From positions 169,270 through 233,269 of the forward strand of contig JBHLMN010000009.1 in assembly GCA_048938105.1 (NCBI GenBank): a DNA stretch of 64,000 nt, in the 5' to 3' direction. Numbering within the stretch: position 1 is the first letter of the stretch; each line of letters starts with the position of its first letter. Of the stretch, positions 9,786 through 19,295 are shown piece after piece. The notes beneath the pieces are model-generated. The model saw only the letters and a list, made by a program, of their open reading frames with translations, was not told the DNA's origin and made no database searches. Source of the DNA: Promethearchaeota archaeon. Lineage in GTDB: Archaea > Asgardarchaeota > Heimdallarchaeia > Hodarchaeales > Hodarchaeaceae. The translations under genes and the position numbers were made by a program.

Positions 9786-10124
9786 TTATTGCAGCTGGAT
9801 TTTCGTTTTCGCTTTCTTTTGGGCTCTTATGATGGTTTTTTTGCCTATCCTAGTTATAACATTATCAAATCCTTCTTCTATTATCTGCTTCATGGTAAAT
9901 TGAAACGTGGGTTTGATGTTGTGAGCAAACTTCTTATCCACAAATAATAGAAGATATTTAACTGTAAAATTACCTAGATTCGTTTCAATTGTACGAGATA
10001 GAATCCCTATTCCTAAACCAGAATTATCTTGTGTGCTTTGTTCGCAATATTCCTTAATTTCTGGCCATTGATCAAAAGAGTCACCAATAATAGCCAAAGA
10101 AGTGACAAGATTGGTATATTTCAC
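9786..10124 (-). CDS. Hypothetical protein, possibly a truncated/degenerate small-GTPase fold
   Basis: SLAIIGDS, LGIGILSRTIET and DKKF...PTF echo Rab beta1/switch I/switch II; no intact G1, G3 or G4; GGTGA SD before GTG. Confidence 0.6.
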   Translation of the reverse strand: MKYTNLVTSLAIIGDSFDQWPEIKEYCEQSTQDNSGLGIGILSRTIETNLGNFTVKYLLLFVDKKFAHNIKPTFQFTMKQIIEEGFDNVITRIGKKTIIRAQKKAKTKIQLQ

Positions 10125-10332
10125 TTATTTCACCTATCGACTAATTAATTGTAAATTAGTTGTAAATGATAATGTTTATAATTTCCAACACTGAAAAACA
10201 TATATATATTAATTGACAAAATTAGTGATTTCCAAATATTTTTATCTATAACAAAAAAATTGATTTTGGAGCTATTAAATAGTAACTTTCAAAAAATGAA
10301 GAAAAAGTCATAACTAATAGGAGAAAAAAAAT

Positions 10333-10614
10333 ATGGTTAGACTAGTTTTTAAGAATAAATCATTTACAGAAGGTAGAGAGGAGGCAGGTGAAGCGGTTTT
10401 GTTTTTAGATGAAGCAACACAGTCAGGAAAATTAGAATACTCACCCGAAGCTAGCTTAATTTTGCGTAGAACAGCACGTAGGCAAGCTGAAAGCATTTGT
10501 AAGTCGGGATTTTTATTAGCGACTGGAAAGAGAGTTGGAGCAGGATTCACCTTAGTTGATGAAGAAGACAAAATTGATGAACGTTTACTCCAAGAAGGAC
10601 ATAAGTACCGATAG
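10333..10614 (+). CDS. Small hypothetical protein, possibly a divergent single gelsolin-like domain
   Basis: GEAVLFLDE...LEYSPEASLILRRTARRQAESI resembles the gelsolin-repeat pattern; GGAG SD; co-oriented with the GTPase. Confidence 0.6.
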   Translation: MVRLVFKNKSFTEGREEAGEAVLFLDEATQSGKLEYSPEASLILRRTARRQAESICKSGFLLATGKRVGAGFTLVDEEDKIDERLLQEGHKYR

Positions 10615-10642
10615 TTAACTGTTAAGATATAGGCAAACCTAA

Positions 10643-11182
10643 ATGGAAGCTATTACGTCAAAAATAGTCATGTGTGGGGATTTTGCAGTAGGGAAAACAA
10701 CATTTGTCAAGCTGTTCTTAGGAGGAGAAATAATAGGGGGTTATAAACCCACAATTGGAGTTGACATTGGCAGAAAAAATTTCAATATCAATCAAAGAAG
10801 AATTGTCTTCCAAATTTGGGATCTTTCAGGGCAACAATCATTTCAATCTATTAGACGCCAGTTTTACAGCCGAACAAATGGAGCAATCCTAATTTTCGAT
10901 GTTTCTAGACGTGAAACTTACCAGAATATTCAAAATTGGACTGATGAGCTGATAGATCAGACGGGTAAATTGCCAATGGTGTTAGTTGGAAATAAAATAG
11001 ATCTACGTGATCAAACTAGTGAGGCTGTGACAACTGAAGAAGGAAAATTATTATCTGAAGTCATCTCAAATAAAATTGGAATACAAATACCCTTTGTCGA
11101 AGCTAGTGCTATTAATCAACAAAATAATTTGGAGCCTTTCATTCTTTTGGGAAAAACGATTCTCGAGCAATTTGACACATAA
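10643..11182 (+). CDS. Rab/Ras-like small GTPase (eukaryotic signature protein)
   Basis: G1 GDFAVGKT, G2 YKPTIGVD, G3 WDLSGQ, G4 NKID, G5 EASA; no C-terminal prenylation Cys. Confidence 0.95.
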   Translation: MEAITSKIVMCGDFAVGKTTFVKLFLGGEIIGGYKPTIGVDIGRKNFNINQRRIVFQIWDLSGQQSFQSIRRQFYSRTNGAILIFDVSRRETYQNIQNWTDELIDQTGKLPMVLVGNKIDLRDQTSEAVTTEEGKLLSEVISNKIGIQIPFVEASAINQQNNLEPFILLGKTILEQFDT

Positions 11183-11308
11183 TAAAATTATTTTTAACTA
11201 GGAAGTCATCGGAAGTAGATAAAAGGTTATTGAGTTTTTTTCAGGCATAGGGAGCTTTAAACTCAGCTATCTAGGAAAAGATATTTGAATTAAGGTAAGA
11301 ATTACATT

Positions 11309-12214
11309 ATGGATTGTGTGATGAGTACATTTCGTATTTTAGTTCTTGCTGATATCCACGGAAACGTCAAAGCTGTTACTAAAATCATATCAATAATTCA
11401 TAAAAGAAATTTAAGAATAGATTTGATTGTTATTGCTGGGGATCTTCCTGAAACCACACCAATCCGTTTAATGCTCCAATATATATTAACTCATGGTAAT
11501 CTATCCAAAACAAAATACACACGGTGGGTCTATAAAGAACAAGGAAGACAAAAATTTGTCCAGATTCAGATAAAATCTATTAAAACCATCCTATCCTTAT
11601 TAAGTTCTCTTGATGTGCCTATAATTTATGTACCTGGTAATGTAGACAGTTATGAGGTGCAACAAATACTTAGCACCTGGCCCTCATCCGAACTAATTTT
11701 TCTAGCGGCTGAAATAACTCAAATCGGACCATTAAGAATTTTGGGTTTTGGCGGATCATTATTTTCGCCAGATAGATATAAGCAACCATTGTGTGATATG
11801 GAATTCTATTCACATGATTTTTCAACCCGTCTAAAACCTTTATACAGGTTAAGTAAAACTACTGAATCTAATACAATTGATGTTCTAATCAGTCATGAAC
11901 CACCAGCATTTCACTACAATACAACCATTGGTGACATAACAGGAGGTTCATCTTCGATTTCGAAATTTATAAATCATATAAAACCTAAAATAGTAATTTT
12001 TGGACATTATCATGAACTACCTCTCATAAAAAAAGCAAATAACATAATATATATAAATCCTGGACCGCTTACCTGTTATCATTTTGCTTTACTTGATATT
12101 GAAAAGAAACATATTCATGTAAGCCTAAAAAAGATGAATCCTGTTAGATTTGATTATAAAAATATGATATATAGTTACCGATCAATAAACATTCGAAATT
12201 TAGCGTTTGAATAA
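11309..12214 (+). CDS. Calcineurin-like metallophosphoesterase
   Basis: ADIHG, AGD, VPGNVD, SHEPP and FGHYHE motifs. Confidence 0.88.
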   Translation: MDCVMSTFRILVLADIHGNVKAVTKIISIIHKRNLRIDLIVIAGDLPETTPIRLMLQYILTHGNLSKTKYTRWVYKEQGRQKFVQIQIKSIKTILSLLSSLDVPIIYVPGNVDSYEVQQILSTWPSSELIFLAAEITQIGPLRILGFGGSLFSPDRYKQPLCDMEFYSHDFSTRLKPLYRLSKTTESNTIDVLISHEPPAFHYNTTIGDITGGSSSISKFINHIKPKIVIFGHYHELPLIKKANNIIYINPGPLTCYHFALLDIEKKHIHVSLKKMNPVRFDYKNMIYSYRSINIRNLAFE

Positions 12215-12256
12215 TGTATAATATTTTGGCTGAATTTTATAGTTAATTTCAATCTT

Positions 12257-13036
12257 TTATACTCGAACTGTTGTTTCCAAACGAATTCCTCGTCGATCTA
12301 TCGTTACTGGAACTGAAATTGGTAAAAGGGTGCTTTTCCAAGATTTTTGGACTGCAAAATTAATTGCTATCTTCCCCCCACCAACACGACCAAATGATAT
12401 ATCAAACACGAAATCCGCCAAATGTGATGCGAGTACTTCAACAGCAGGACCATGTAAGTTTTTAACCATTAATATGAAGTGAATACCAGATCCACGCTCT
12501 CTTACAACGTGTTTTAAAGCTTCAATAGCTATACTCACACTTTCAATGGAGTTACTACGAATTAATGATGAGATTGAATGAATACAAGTACATACCTTAT
12601 CATGCAGAATTAGTTCAGGAATAAACACTCTAGTAAAGAACCGAAGTGAATCTTGTGCATACTCATCTCCTAAATCTACTCCAGGAACCGATTGTAACCC
12701 AATAACAGCTCCTTCAGCTGATATTCTTGCAGTAAAAGCGTCCATAAACTTCCATTTCTCACCAGCAACGATATATGGCTGAAGATTAAAATTATAGATC
12801 GCCATTTCTTCCACTATTTCTTTAGGCCGACCATCATAAGACAAGTAGACAACTTTTTCAGTTGCTTCTGTTTTCAACATCTGAAATAGCACCTGTTGCG
12901 TGAATAATTCAAATTTAGTACCTGGTTCACCTAGTACAAGAATGACGCTCTTATTCGGAATTCCAGGGTTATCTTCCCCTCCGAGAAACATATCTAACGA
13001 TAGAACACCTGTACGAATAGTCTGATTAGATTCCAC
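12257..13036 (-). CDS. RAD55/KaiC-like RecA-superfamily protein, degenerate ATPase motifs
   Basis: IRTGVLSLDMFLGG..GIP and HLADFVF; Walker A GEPGTKFE lacks GKT/S. Confidence 0.8.
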   Translation of the reverse strand: MESNQTIRTGVLSLDMFLGGEDNPGIPNKSVILVLGEPGTKFELFTQQVLFQMLKTEATEKVVYLSYDGRPKEIVEEMAIYNFNLQPYIVAGEKWKFMDAFTARISAEGAVIGLQSVPGVDLGDEYAQDSLRFFTRVFIPELILHDKVCTCIHSISSLIRSNSIESVSIAIEALKHVVRERGSGIHFILMVKNLHGPAVEVLASHLADFVFDISFGRVGGGKIAINFAVQKSWKSTLLPISVPVTIDRRGIRLETTVRV

Positions 13037-13239
13037 TTCTGATCACCTAATTCATTAATTACTTACTCGTTTTATAAGTATTAAAATTTTCTTTTTTTCA
13101 GCCTCTTTTTGGTGATGAACTTCTATGGCAAAGTAAATATTTAAGAGCAAAAGACATCTAATTTAACGTGATTTATCATTCTTTTGTTATCATGATGAAT
13201 TTAAATTAAACATAAAAAAACACTAATGAGCGTCTAGAT

Positions 13240-14016
13240 ATGTATGATGTCGATCCATTAGCCCTACCTTTTGAATTCAAGGGATTTGGTCCTAAACGCG
13301 AGGTGGGTTGCCTTCTCCTTCATTCATTTACTGCAAGTCCAAGCGAAGTTCGACCGTTAGGAGTATTTTTACGAAACTGCGGTTATTCAGGGATTGCACC
13401 ATTATTACCCGGACATGGTAGTGTTCCAGAGGAGCTAAGACAAACTACTTGGTTAGACTGGTATTCAAATGCGAGGGAAGGGCTCTTTTATTTACTTCAG
13501 AATTATTCTAAGATTATTGTTATCGGGGTTGCTTTAGGGTCTGTTTTGGCAACAATGTTAGCTGCTTCTCCAGAGAGAGACCAAATTAATGGGTTAGTTC
13601 TCATATCTCCAAGTCAACATTCTCCATCAACATTAGTTAAAACAGTCTTACCATTTCTCAAGTTTGTGAAGAAGGACTTTTCAACCGTCTCGGATTTAGA
13701 AATGGAAATGATAAAGGTCTCTGGTGAGGAACGAGAACAATTTTATTATACTAAAAGACCAACAGAATCATTGATCGAACTTTACAGAGTAATTGGGTTC
13801 ACTAATCGGCGATTATCTCTCATTACTCAACCAACTTTAATCATTCATAATGAGAATGATAGCCTTTCTCCAGATTTTATTTATGACAAATTAGTAAATT
13901 GCCCCTATAAAGAACGCTGGACTCATGAGAAAAGATCTCGTTGGTTTTTTTACTCTGAAGAAGCTCAACCAGCATTTGAAAAAATAGATTCTTTTTTAGA
14001 AAAATACTGTATTTAA
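13240..14016 (+). CDS. Alpha/beta-hydrolase (Est30/monoacylglycerol-lipase-like), probably catalytically inactive
   Basis: GCLLLHSFTAS, PLLPGHG, TWLDWY and ITQPTLII; nucleophile elbow reads GVALG. Confidence 0.82.
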   Translation: MYDVDPLALPFEFKGFGPKREVGCLLLHSFTASPSEVRPLGVFLRNCGYSGIAPLLPGHGSVPEELRQTTWLDWYSNAREGLFYLLQNYSKIIVIGVALGSVLATMLAASPERDQINGLVLISPSQHSPSTLVKTVLPFLKFVKKDFSTVSDLEMEMIKVSGEEREQFYYTKRPTESLIELYRVIGFTNRRLSLITQPTLIIHNENDSLSPDFIYDKLVNCPYKERWTHEKRSRWFFYSEEAQPAFEKIDSFLEKYCI

Positions 14017-14063
14017 CTAAAATAAGACATAATTAATATGAAAATTGAAGAAAAGACGATAGA

Positions 14064-15707
14064 TTATCTGAGTTTCTTAGGTAAAATTCGATAAAGTATT
14101 CCTACGAGAGGGGAACCCATCCAGAAGACGAAAGATAATGGAATAAAAGGAAAGAATCGGGGAATTCGAGTACCCCAGACTTTTCCTGGGTTAAATATAC
14201 CTTGTGGATCGATTTCAGTTTTTAGTTGTTTCATTTTATGTAATTGTTGGCCATAAATCAAACCAGAATACGAACTAAACCAAAGACCACTACTGTATGG
14301 CCTGCCTTTCCAGCGACGAACTTTATGAATAATATCAATAAACCTTAACCAGTGAAATGCATAAGTAAAAGAGCCAATAAGAGGTAATGACCAGCGTCTC
14401 ATATCAACGGGGAACCATACAAACATTACACTTAGGTGATCTGAAGTAGGAAGAATTTCTAACGCATATGATTCTTTTTCATAACGTTTAGATATTACCC
14501 CAATTATCTTCTCTAAGTAAATAGTAGGTAGGAGTATCTCTATTATTATTAGAAATGGTCCTCGACGTTTGAGCTTAATTGTATTGAATCTCTCATTCCA
14601 GAATTTCTTCCCCAGGTCATTTGATTGTTCAACAAGCTGAAATTTATCTTTTATTTCATTGAATTCTCCTTGATTCCAGTCCTCCTCCAGAAAACTCATT
14701 GAAATAACGCCTCCAGTGCATTCTTGAGACCCCCCTAGTGATTGATTAGGTTTAGAATTCTTCCAAATCAGGTTATTATAATCATCATACCGTAAAAAGA
14801 ATGGTAATAAACCTTGATACTCTGAGATTGCTTTCAATAGCTGGCTTTGGCGAGTAGAGGAGACAATTTTGTGAATCATTGTTGAATAATTCATTATTTT
14901 CAAAGTAACTTTCCAAAGAATACCTAACCTTCCGCAGCTACCGATGAACACTTCAGGATCTTCAAGTTGAAATTCTTTTCCCTCGGTTCCAATAATTGTG
15001 ACATTTATCATACTCTCGTTAATACTCCCAAATTTGGCTGACCCCACTCCCCAACCACCTTGAGTAACCCAACCACCAATTGTTGAGGATGGCGCAGATG
15101 AAGGATATGTTTTTAAAGTCTTCCCGTTGGACTCTAGGAATTTGCGAAGATGTTCCCAAGTTATTCCACATTCGGCTTCAACTGTATCATTTTCCTCATC
15201 TATATCAATAATCTTGTCGAAGAGGGTCATGATAACGATAATTCCGTTCTTAATAGGTAAAACACCTCCATAACCACTGGTTCCTGCACCACGGGGAATA
15301 AGAGGGATCTTGTATTTTTCACAAAGACTAATAATTTCTTTCAATTCTTCAATATTCTTTGGCTGTATAACTGCGAGACAGTTAAAATTAAAGATGAAAC
15401 GTGCGATTTTAGGAAGATCACCTACATCTCTGCTATAAAGGAGTTTCTCATATTTTTCGATAAAGACCTGCATTCCTGCTTCTTGAAAAGCTTTAAGATG
15501 AATGTGAATCTGATTTCGTTGACGTCTCAATCCTAAGAAGTAGAAAAGCAGGATAACTAAACCCAGTAATGTTATGAATAATCCAATTAGGAGATACTCA
15601 TGGCTCACAGATGATTCATATAGAAAAAAAGACGGAATGACAAAATAGCCCAAAATGAACACTATTAGTAACATAAACCACATGAAAAGTGTATCATATG
15701 TGCGCAA
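14064..15707 (-). CDS. Membrane-anchored FAD-binding oxidoreductase (VAO/PCMH, GlcD-like)
   Basis: LIPRGAGTSGYGG, PSSAPSSTIGGW, GSCGRLGI and DPQGIFNPGK; two N-terminal TM helices and a hydrophobic C-terminus. Confidence 0.88.
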   Translation of the reverse strand: MRTYDTLFMWFMLLIVFILGYFVIPSFFLYESSVSHEYLLIGLFITLLGLVILLFYFLGLRRQRNQIHIHLKAFQEAGMQVFIEKYEKLLYSRDVGDLPKIARFIFNFNCLAVIQPKNIEELKEIISLCEKYKIPLIPRGAGTSGYGGVLPIKNGIIVIMTLFDKIIDIDEENDTVEAECGITWEHLRKFLESNGKTLKTYPSSAPSSTIGGWVTQGGWGVGSAKFGSINESMINVTIIGTEGKEFQLEDPEVFIGSCGRLGILWKVTLKIMNYSTMIHKIVSSTRQSQLLKAISEYQGLLPFFLRYDDYNNLIWKNSKPNQSLGGSQECTGGVISMSFLEEDWNQGEFNEIKDKFQLVEQSNDLGKKFWNERFNTIKLKRRGPFLIIIEILLPTIYLEKIIGVISKRYEKESYALEILPTSDHLSVMFVWFPVDMRRWSLPLIGSFTYAFHWLRFIDIIHKVRRWKGRPYSSGLWFSSYSGLIYGQQLHKMKQLKTEIDPQGIFNPGKVWGTRIPRFFPFIPLSFVFWMGSPLVGILYRILPKKLR

Positions 15708-15935
15708 ATTAACTTTGCTCCAAAGAGAAGTGCAAATATATCTTTTTCAAGCTCTGATTGAATAGCACACTTTACCTGTACATAATTTAGATATTTTCGA
15801 ACACCTTGTAAGAGGCTTTTAAAAACATTTGATAACTACTTTGATTGATTAGATCAATTGATAAAAAAAAATAATATCGAATTAAGAGAAAAAAGATTTG
15901 ATTAAAGGAATATAACATAGAGGTATCAGATAATA

Positions 15936-16589
15936 ATGAAGAAATTATTTGTAAATCTTCGTAAAACTCAGTATATCATGTTTGATTTCGATGGAACCAT
16001 CGTAGATTCAATGTCTTTTTTGGAGAATAACGCAGTCTATCTTCTGACAAAATACTATGGATTTTCTGCTGAAGAAGCTCAGAAAAGCTATCGCGAAACA
16101 ACTGGGCTTCCATTTATTCAACAAATGGAAATTATCGCTCCAAAAAAAGATAATAGTAAAATAGTTGCTAAATTTGAGAAAATGAAGATTGAACGAATTT
16201 ATGAACAACGACTATTTACAGATTCATACGAGGTACTTCGAGAACTGAAACAACGTGGATATAAAATAGGAATTTCTAGTGGTTCAATTGAGTCAATAAT
16301 AACTAATTATCTTCAAAAATATGGATTAGACATAGTTGATGACATACTTGGCTGGCGACCTGGATTTGAGAAGGGTAAAGATCATTTTGAGTTTGTTTTA
16401 TCAAAATATAATTTTTCTAGCTCAGACATTATTTTTATTGGAGATTCACTTCATGACCTTAGAAGAGCTAAAATGAATGATATTTACTTTATAGGTAGAA
16501 AGGGAATGTTTCAAAAAGATGATTTTAAGCAAATTTTTCCTGAAATTATTGTGATTTCATCATTAACTGAGATTTTAAATCTACTTTAA
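15936..16589 (+). CDS. HAD-superfamily hydrolase (phosphoglycolate phosphatase-like)
   Basis: FDFDGTIVDS, ISS and FIGDSLHD motifs. Confidence 0.9.
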   Translation: MKKLFVNLRKTQYIMFDFDGTIVDSMSFLENNAVYLLTKYYGFSAEEAQKSYRETTGLPFIQQMEIIAPKKDNSKIVAKFEKMKIERIYEQRLFTDSYEVLRELKQRGYKIGISSGSIESIITNYLQKYGLDIVDDILGWRPGFEKGKDHFEFVLSKYNFSSSDIIFIGDSLHDLRRAKMNDIYFIGRKGMFQKDDFKQIFPEIIVISSLTEILNLL

Positions 16590-16602
16590 GAATTGGTTTA
16601 AA

Positions 16603-17007
16603 ATGAAGCTTAACTCAAAATATATGATCGGATTCAGTGTTATAATAGCCCTTAGTCTTGGTTTCTTTCTTTCAAGCCTCATAATTAACATTTCTCCATC
16701 ACTTAGATTGTTAACGCTAGGAATTGTTACTACAATAACTGGAATGATATTTATTGTTCTCTTATTTGCACCAGAAAGGATAAAAGGATATCAAGCTGAG
16801 TATGAGGCTTCCCCTGATTTAACAAACTTCAAAGTGGTAAAAGTTTACGCTGATAAGGTACAAGAACGACCAGAAATTCCAGAAGTTGCATTTTGCAGCG
16901 CTTGTGGAAAGAGGATTTTCAAACCATTTTATTGTGCGAAATGTGGCCAGATCCTCTGTGGAACTCATTATCTTCCTGGTAGTCATACGTGCAAGGAGGA
17001 GTTATGA
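16603..17007 (+). CDS. Membrane protein with C-terminal AN1-type zinc finger
   Basis: Two TM helices then CSACG...FYCAKCGQILCGTHYLPGSHTC. Confidence 0.85.
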   Translation: MKLNSKYMIGFSVIIALSLGFFLSSLIINISPSLRLLTLGIVTTITGMIFIVLLFAPERIKGYQAEYEASPDLTNFKVVKVYADKVQERPEIPEVAFCSACGKRIFKPFYCAKCGQILCGTHYLPGSHTCKEEL

Positions 17008-17703
17008 ATGGATAAAAAGCCTGATTGGGAAAGTGATTTCACAAAAAAATCTATTCTTGATAGACTCCATCTATCTGTTCAAGAAATTTCAGAACTAGGA
17101 ATTGGCTGGTTAATCACCAGTTTTGTTATTCTCTATTTAACTGGAAATATTTTTACTGTTATTCAAGAAGGGAAGATCCCAGATGAATTATTGATCTATC
17201 TATTTATCCTAGGTATTAGCTTTTTTGCTCATGAATTATCTCACAAATTTATTGCTATAAAGTACGGTGCGAGAGCTTACTACAGGCTTAGTAAGGAAGC
17301 ACTTTTTCTTACTTTAATCAGTGTTCTCATTGGTTTTCCAATTTTAGCAACTGGGGCCGTTTTTTGGTGGGGGGAAGCCACTGCATCTCAAGGTATTCGC
17401 GGTAGGGTCTCTGCATCTGGGCCAATAACTAATTTCATTCTCGCAGGTTTATTTCTTACTCTACAAGGAATAGGATATTTAATGGTTTATGATGATACTA
17501 TGATGACGTTAGGTGTACTGTTAATATTCATCGGATTTGTGGGTGTTTCCTTGAATGTTTTTCTAGGAGTTTTTAATCTCCTTCCTATTGGAGTTCTAGA
17601 TGGTGCCAAAGTATTAGCTTGGGATCCACGAATTTGGATTTCTCTAATTGGGAGTCTACTTGTAATAGGTTTTTTTGGTGGTGGATTTTCCCTATTTCTA
17701 TAA
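17008..17703 (+). CDS. Site-2 protease (M50 intramembrane metalloprotease)
   Basis: HELSH, SASGPITN and FNLLPIGVLDG. Confidence 0.92.
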   Translation: MDKKPDWESDFTKKSILDRLHLSVQEISELGIGWLITSFVILYLTGNIFTVIQEGKIPDELLIYLFILGISFFAHELSHKFIAIKYGARAYYRLSKEALFLTLISVLIGFPILATGAVFWWGEATASQGIRGRVSASGPITNFILAGLFLTLQGIGYLMVYDDTMMTLGVLLIFIGFVGVSLNVFLGVFNLLPIGVLDGAKVLAWDPRIWISLIGSLLVIGFFGGGFSLFL

Positions 17704-17711
17704 AAGAAAAT

Positions 17712-19157
17712 TCATTCGATTATTGATGACCAAGGATATCGTTTTCTAATCTCTTGGAAGAGTCTTCCAATCTTTTGCTCTTCAAATGTCTTACCATAAC
17801 ATAAGCATAGTACGAGGCCTCCACGTGTTCTCTTAAATCTCTGGTACATTGTTTTTACAGTATTGACAACATCATAAACGATTAGGAGATTTGATTGAGG
17901 TATGTCAATGTCCCTCTCACCTACACTGGTCATTACTAAAACTGCTTTATTCTCTGATTCTTTGAAGTGATTGAGAATAGCTATTTTATTCCGTACTTGA
18001 CCAGTTATTTTGAAAGTGGAAAGCCCTAATTCCTGAATTTCTTCCTGAAGCTTCTGGGCTGTATCCAAAAATGAACACAGTACAACTGTTTTAGAATTCT
18101 GGGATTGTTTTTTAATAAGATCGAGTACTGCATCAATCTTAGCGTTATGTTCAGGTAAATCATAAATTAGATCCTTAGTTATCCCGAATTTGGTTAATCT
18201 AAAGAGAAATTTTCGGAATTTTGGGGGTTGCATTGCGGTACAGTATTTTCGGACAAGTAATAAGCCTTGATACTTCTGAGTGTTTCCAGATTCAAGCATT
18301 CCGGAAACTAGAGCGAGCTGCGAAGAGGGAATTGTTTCAAGAAGAGTTGGATGTTGCTCCAGAGTCTCCTCGATGATTTCCTTTCTTAATTCCTGAATAC
18401 CCTGATCTATTAAATTCAAAATTTTTAGTAGTTCAGGGCTTATCTTCACTTCATATCGCTGAATATAAGTATTTTGAATATAATTTTTAATATCAGTCTG
18501 CGCTAGAAGTGTGTCCATCCGAATAATGTGAAGTTTAGGAATACGCTTATCAAGTGAATCAATTTCAGGTTGAATCTCGATTTGATCTTTCAAATGATTA
18601 TAGAGAATGTGAGAGTCTCGTATAGTACCCGTCATTCCTACTATCCAAGCACCAGAACGAATGAAATATGGAATGAGGCTATTATAGGGAAAAATCAATA
18701 AACGAGAGCCACCATACCGTCGAACTATTTTATCTATTTCGTTAATTATTACAACGTTAAATCTTGGCTTTTTAGATTCGAGGAGTTTGTTAAAGACATT
18801 AGCAAATGTTTGGGGAGTTGCAGCAACGATTCGTGCTTCATTAAGGATTTTGTGTCTAAGCTGTCCTGAAGTTTTAGAAGAGAAAGCTTGAAATTCTGAA
18901 TCATGAAAACCGCCATACTCCTCCTGAAAGTAATGAATTGTTTCAGAGTAGCTAATTGTAGAATGTAAGAGAATGAGAATTCTTTGTTCAGAAAGATCTT
19001 TAATTAAAAGAAATGCTAGAACGCGCTTTCCAAGTCCTGTATCTACTTCAACGACCGTGTGACGACCCTGTAAGAAGTTTTCTTTGAGTTTGGAAAGTAT
19101 TATCTGCTGATATTGACGATTTTGAATCATACTTTCCTTTGGATCGGGGGAGGACAA
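17712..19157 (-). CDS. SF2 helicase, Hef/FANCM-like helicase core without nuclease, degenerate motifs
   Basis: NRQYQ, DTGLGKR, ATPQT, NEID (motif II), GMTGT, TSVGERDIDIP and QRFKRTRG. Confidence 0.8.
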   Translation of the reverse strand: MSSPDPKESMIQNRQYQQIILSKLKENFLQGRHTVVEVDTGLGKRVLAFLLIKDLSEQRILILLHSTISYSETIHYFQEEYGGFHDSEFQAFSSKTSGQLRHKILNEARIVAATPQTFANVFNKLLESKKPRFNVVIINEIDKIVRRYGGSRLLIFPYNSLIPYFIRSGAWIVGMTGTIRDSHILYNHLKDQIEIQPEIDSLDKRIPKLHIIRMDTLLAQTDIKNYIQNTYIQRYEVKISPELLKILNLIDQGIQELRKEIIEETLEQHPTLLETIPSSQLALVSGMLESGNTQKYQGLLLVRKYCTAMQPPKFRKFLFRLTKFGITKDLIYDLPEHNAKIDAVLDLIKKQSQNSKTVVLCSFLDTAQKLQEEIQELGLSTFKITGQVRNKIAILNHFKESENKAVLVMTSVGERDIDIPQSNLLIVYDVVNTVKTMYQRFKRTRGGLVLCLCYGKTFEEQKIGRLFQEIRKRYPWSSIIE

Positions 19158-19295
19158 TTCAAAAGAATTAATTCTATAATAATTATAAATCTACAAGTTC
19201 GCGTAAAACTATTTGATATTATTTTTAATTTAAACTAACAAATAGGATCTTCCATCTTTAGGTTTGATTGACACTAAGTTGGATTAAAATAAGGG

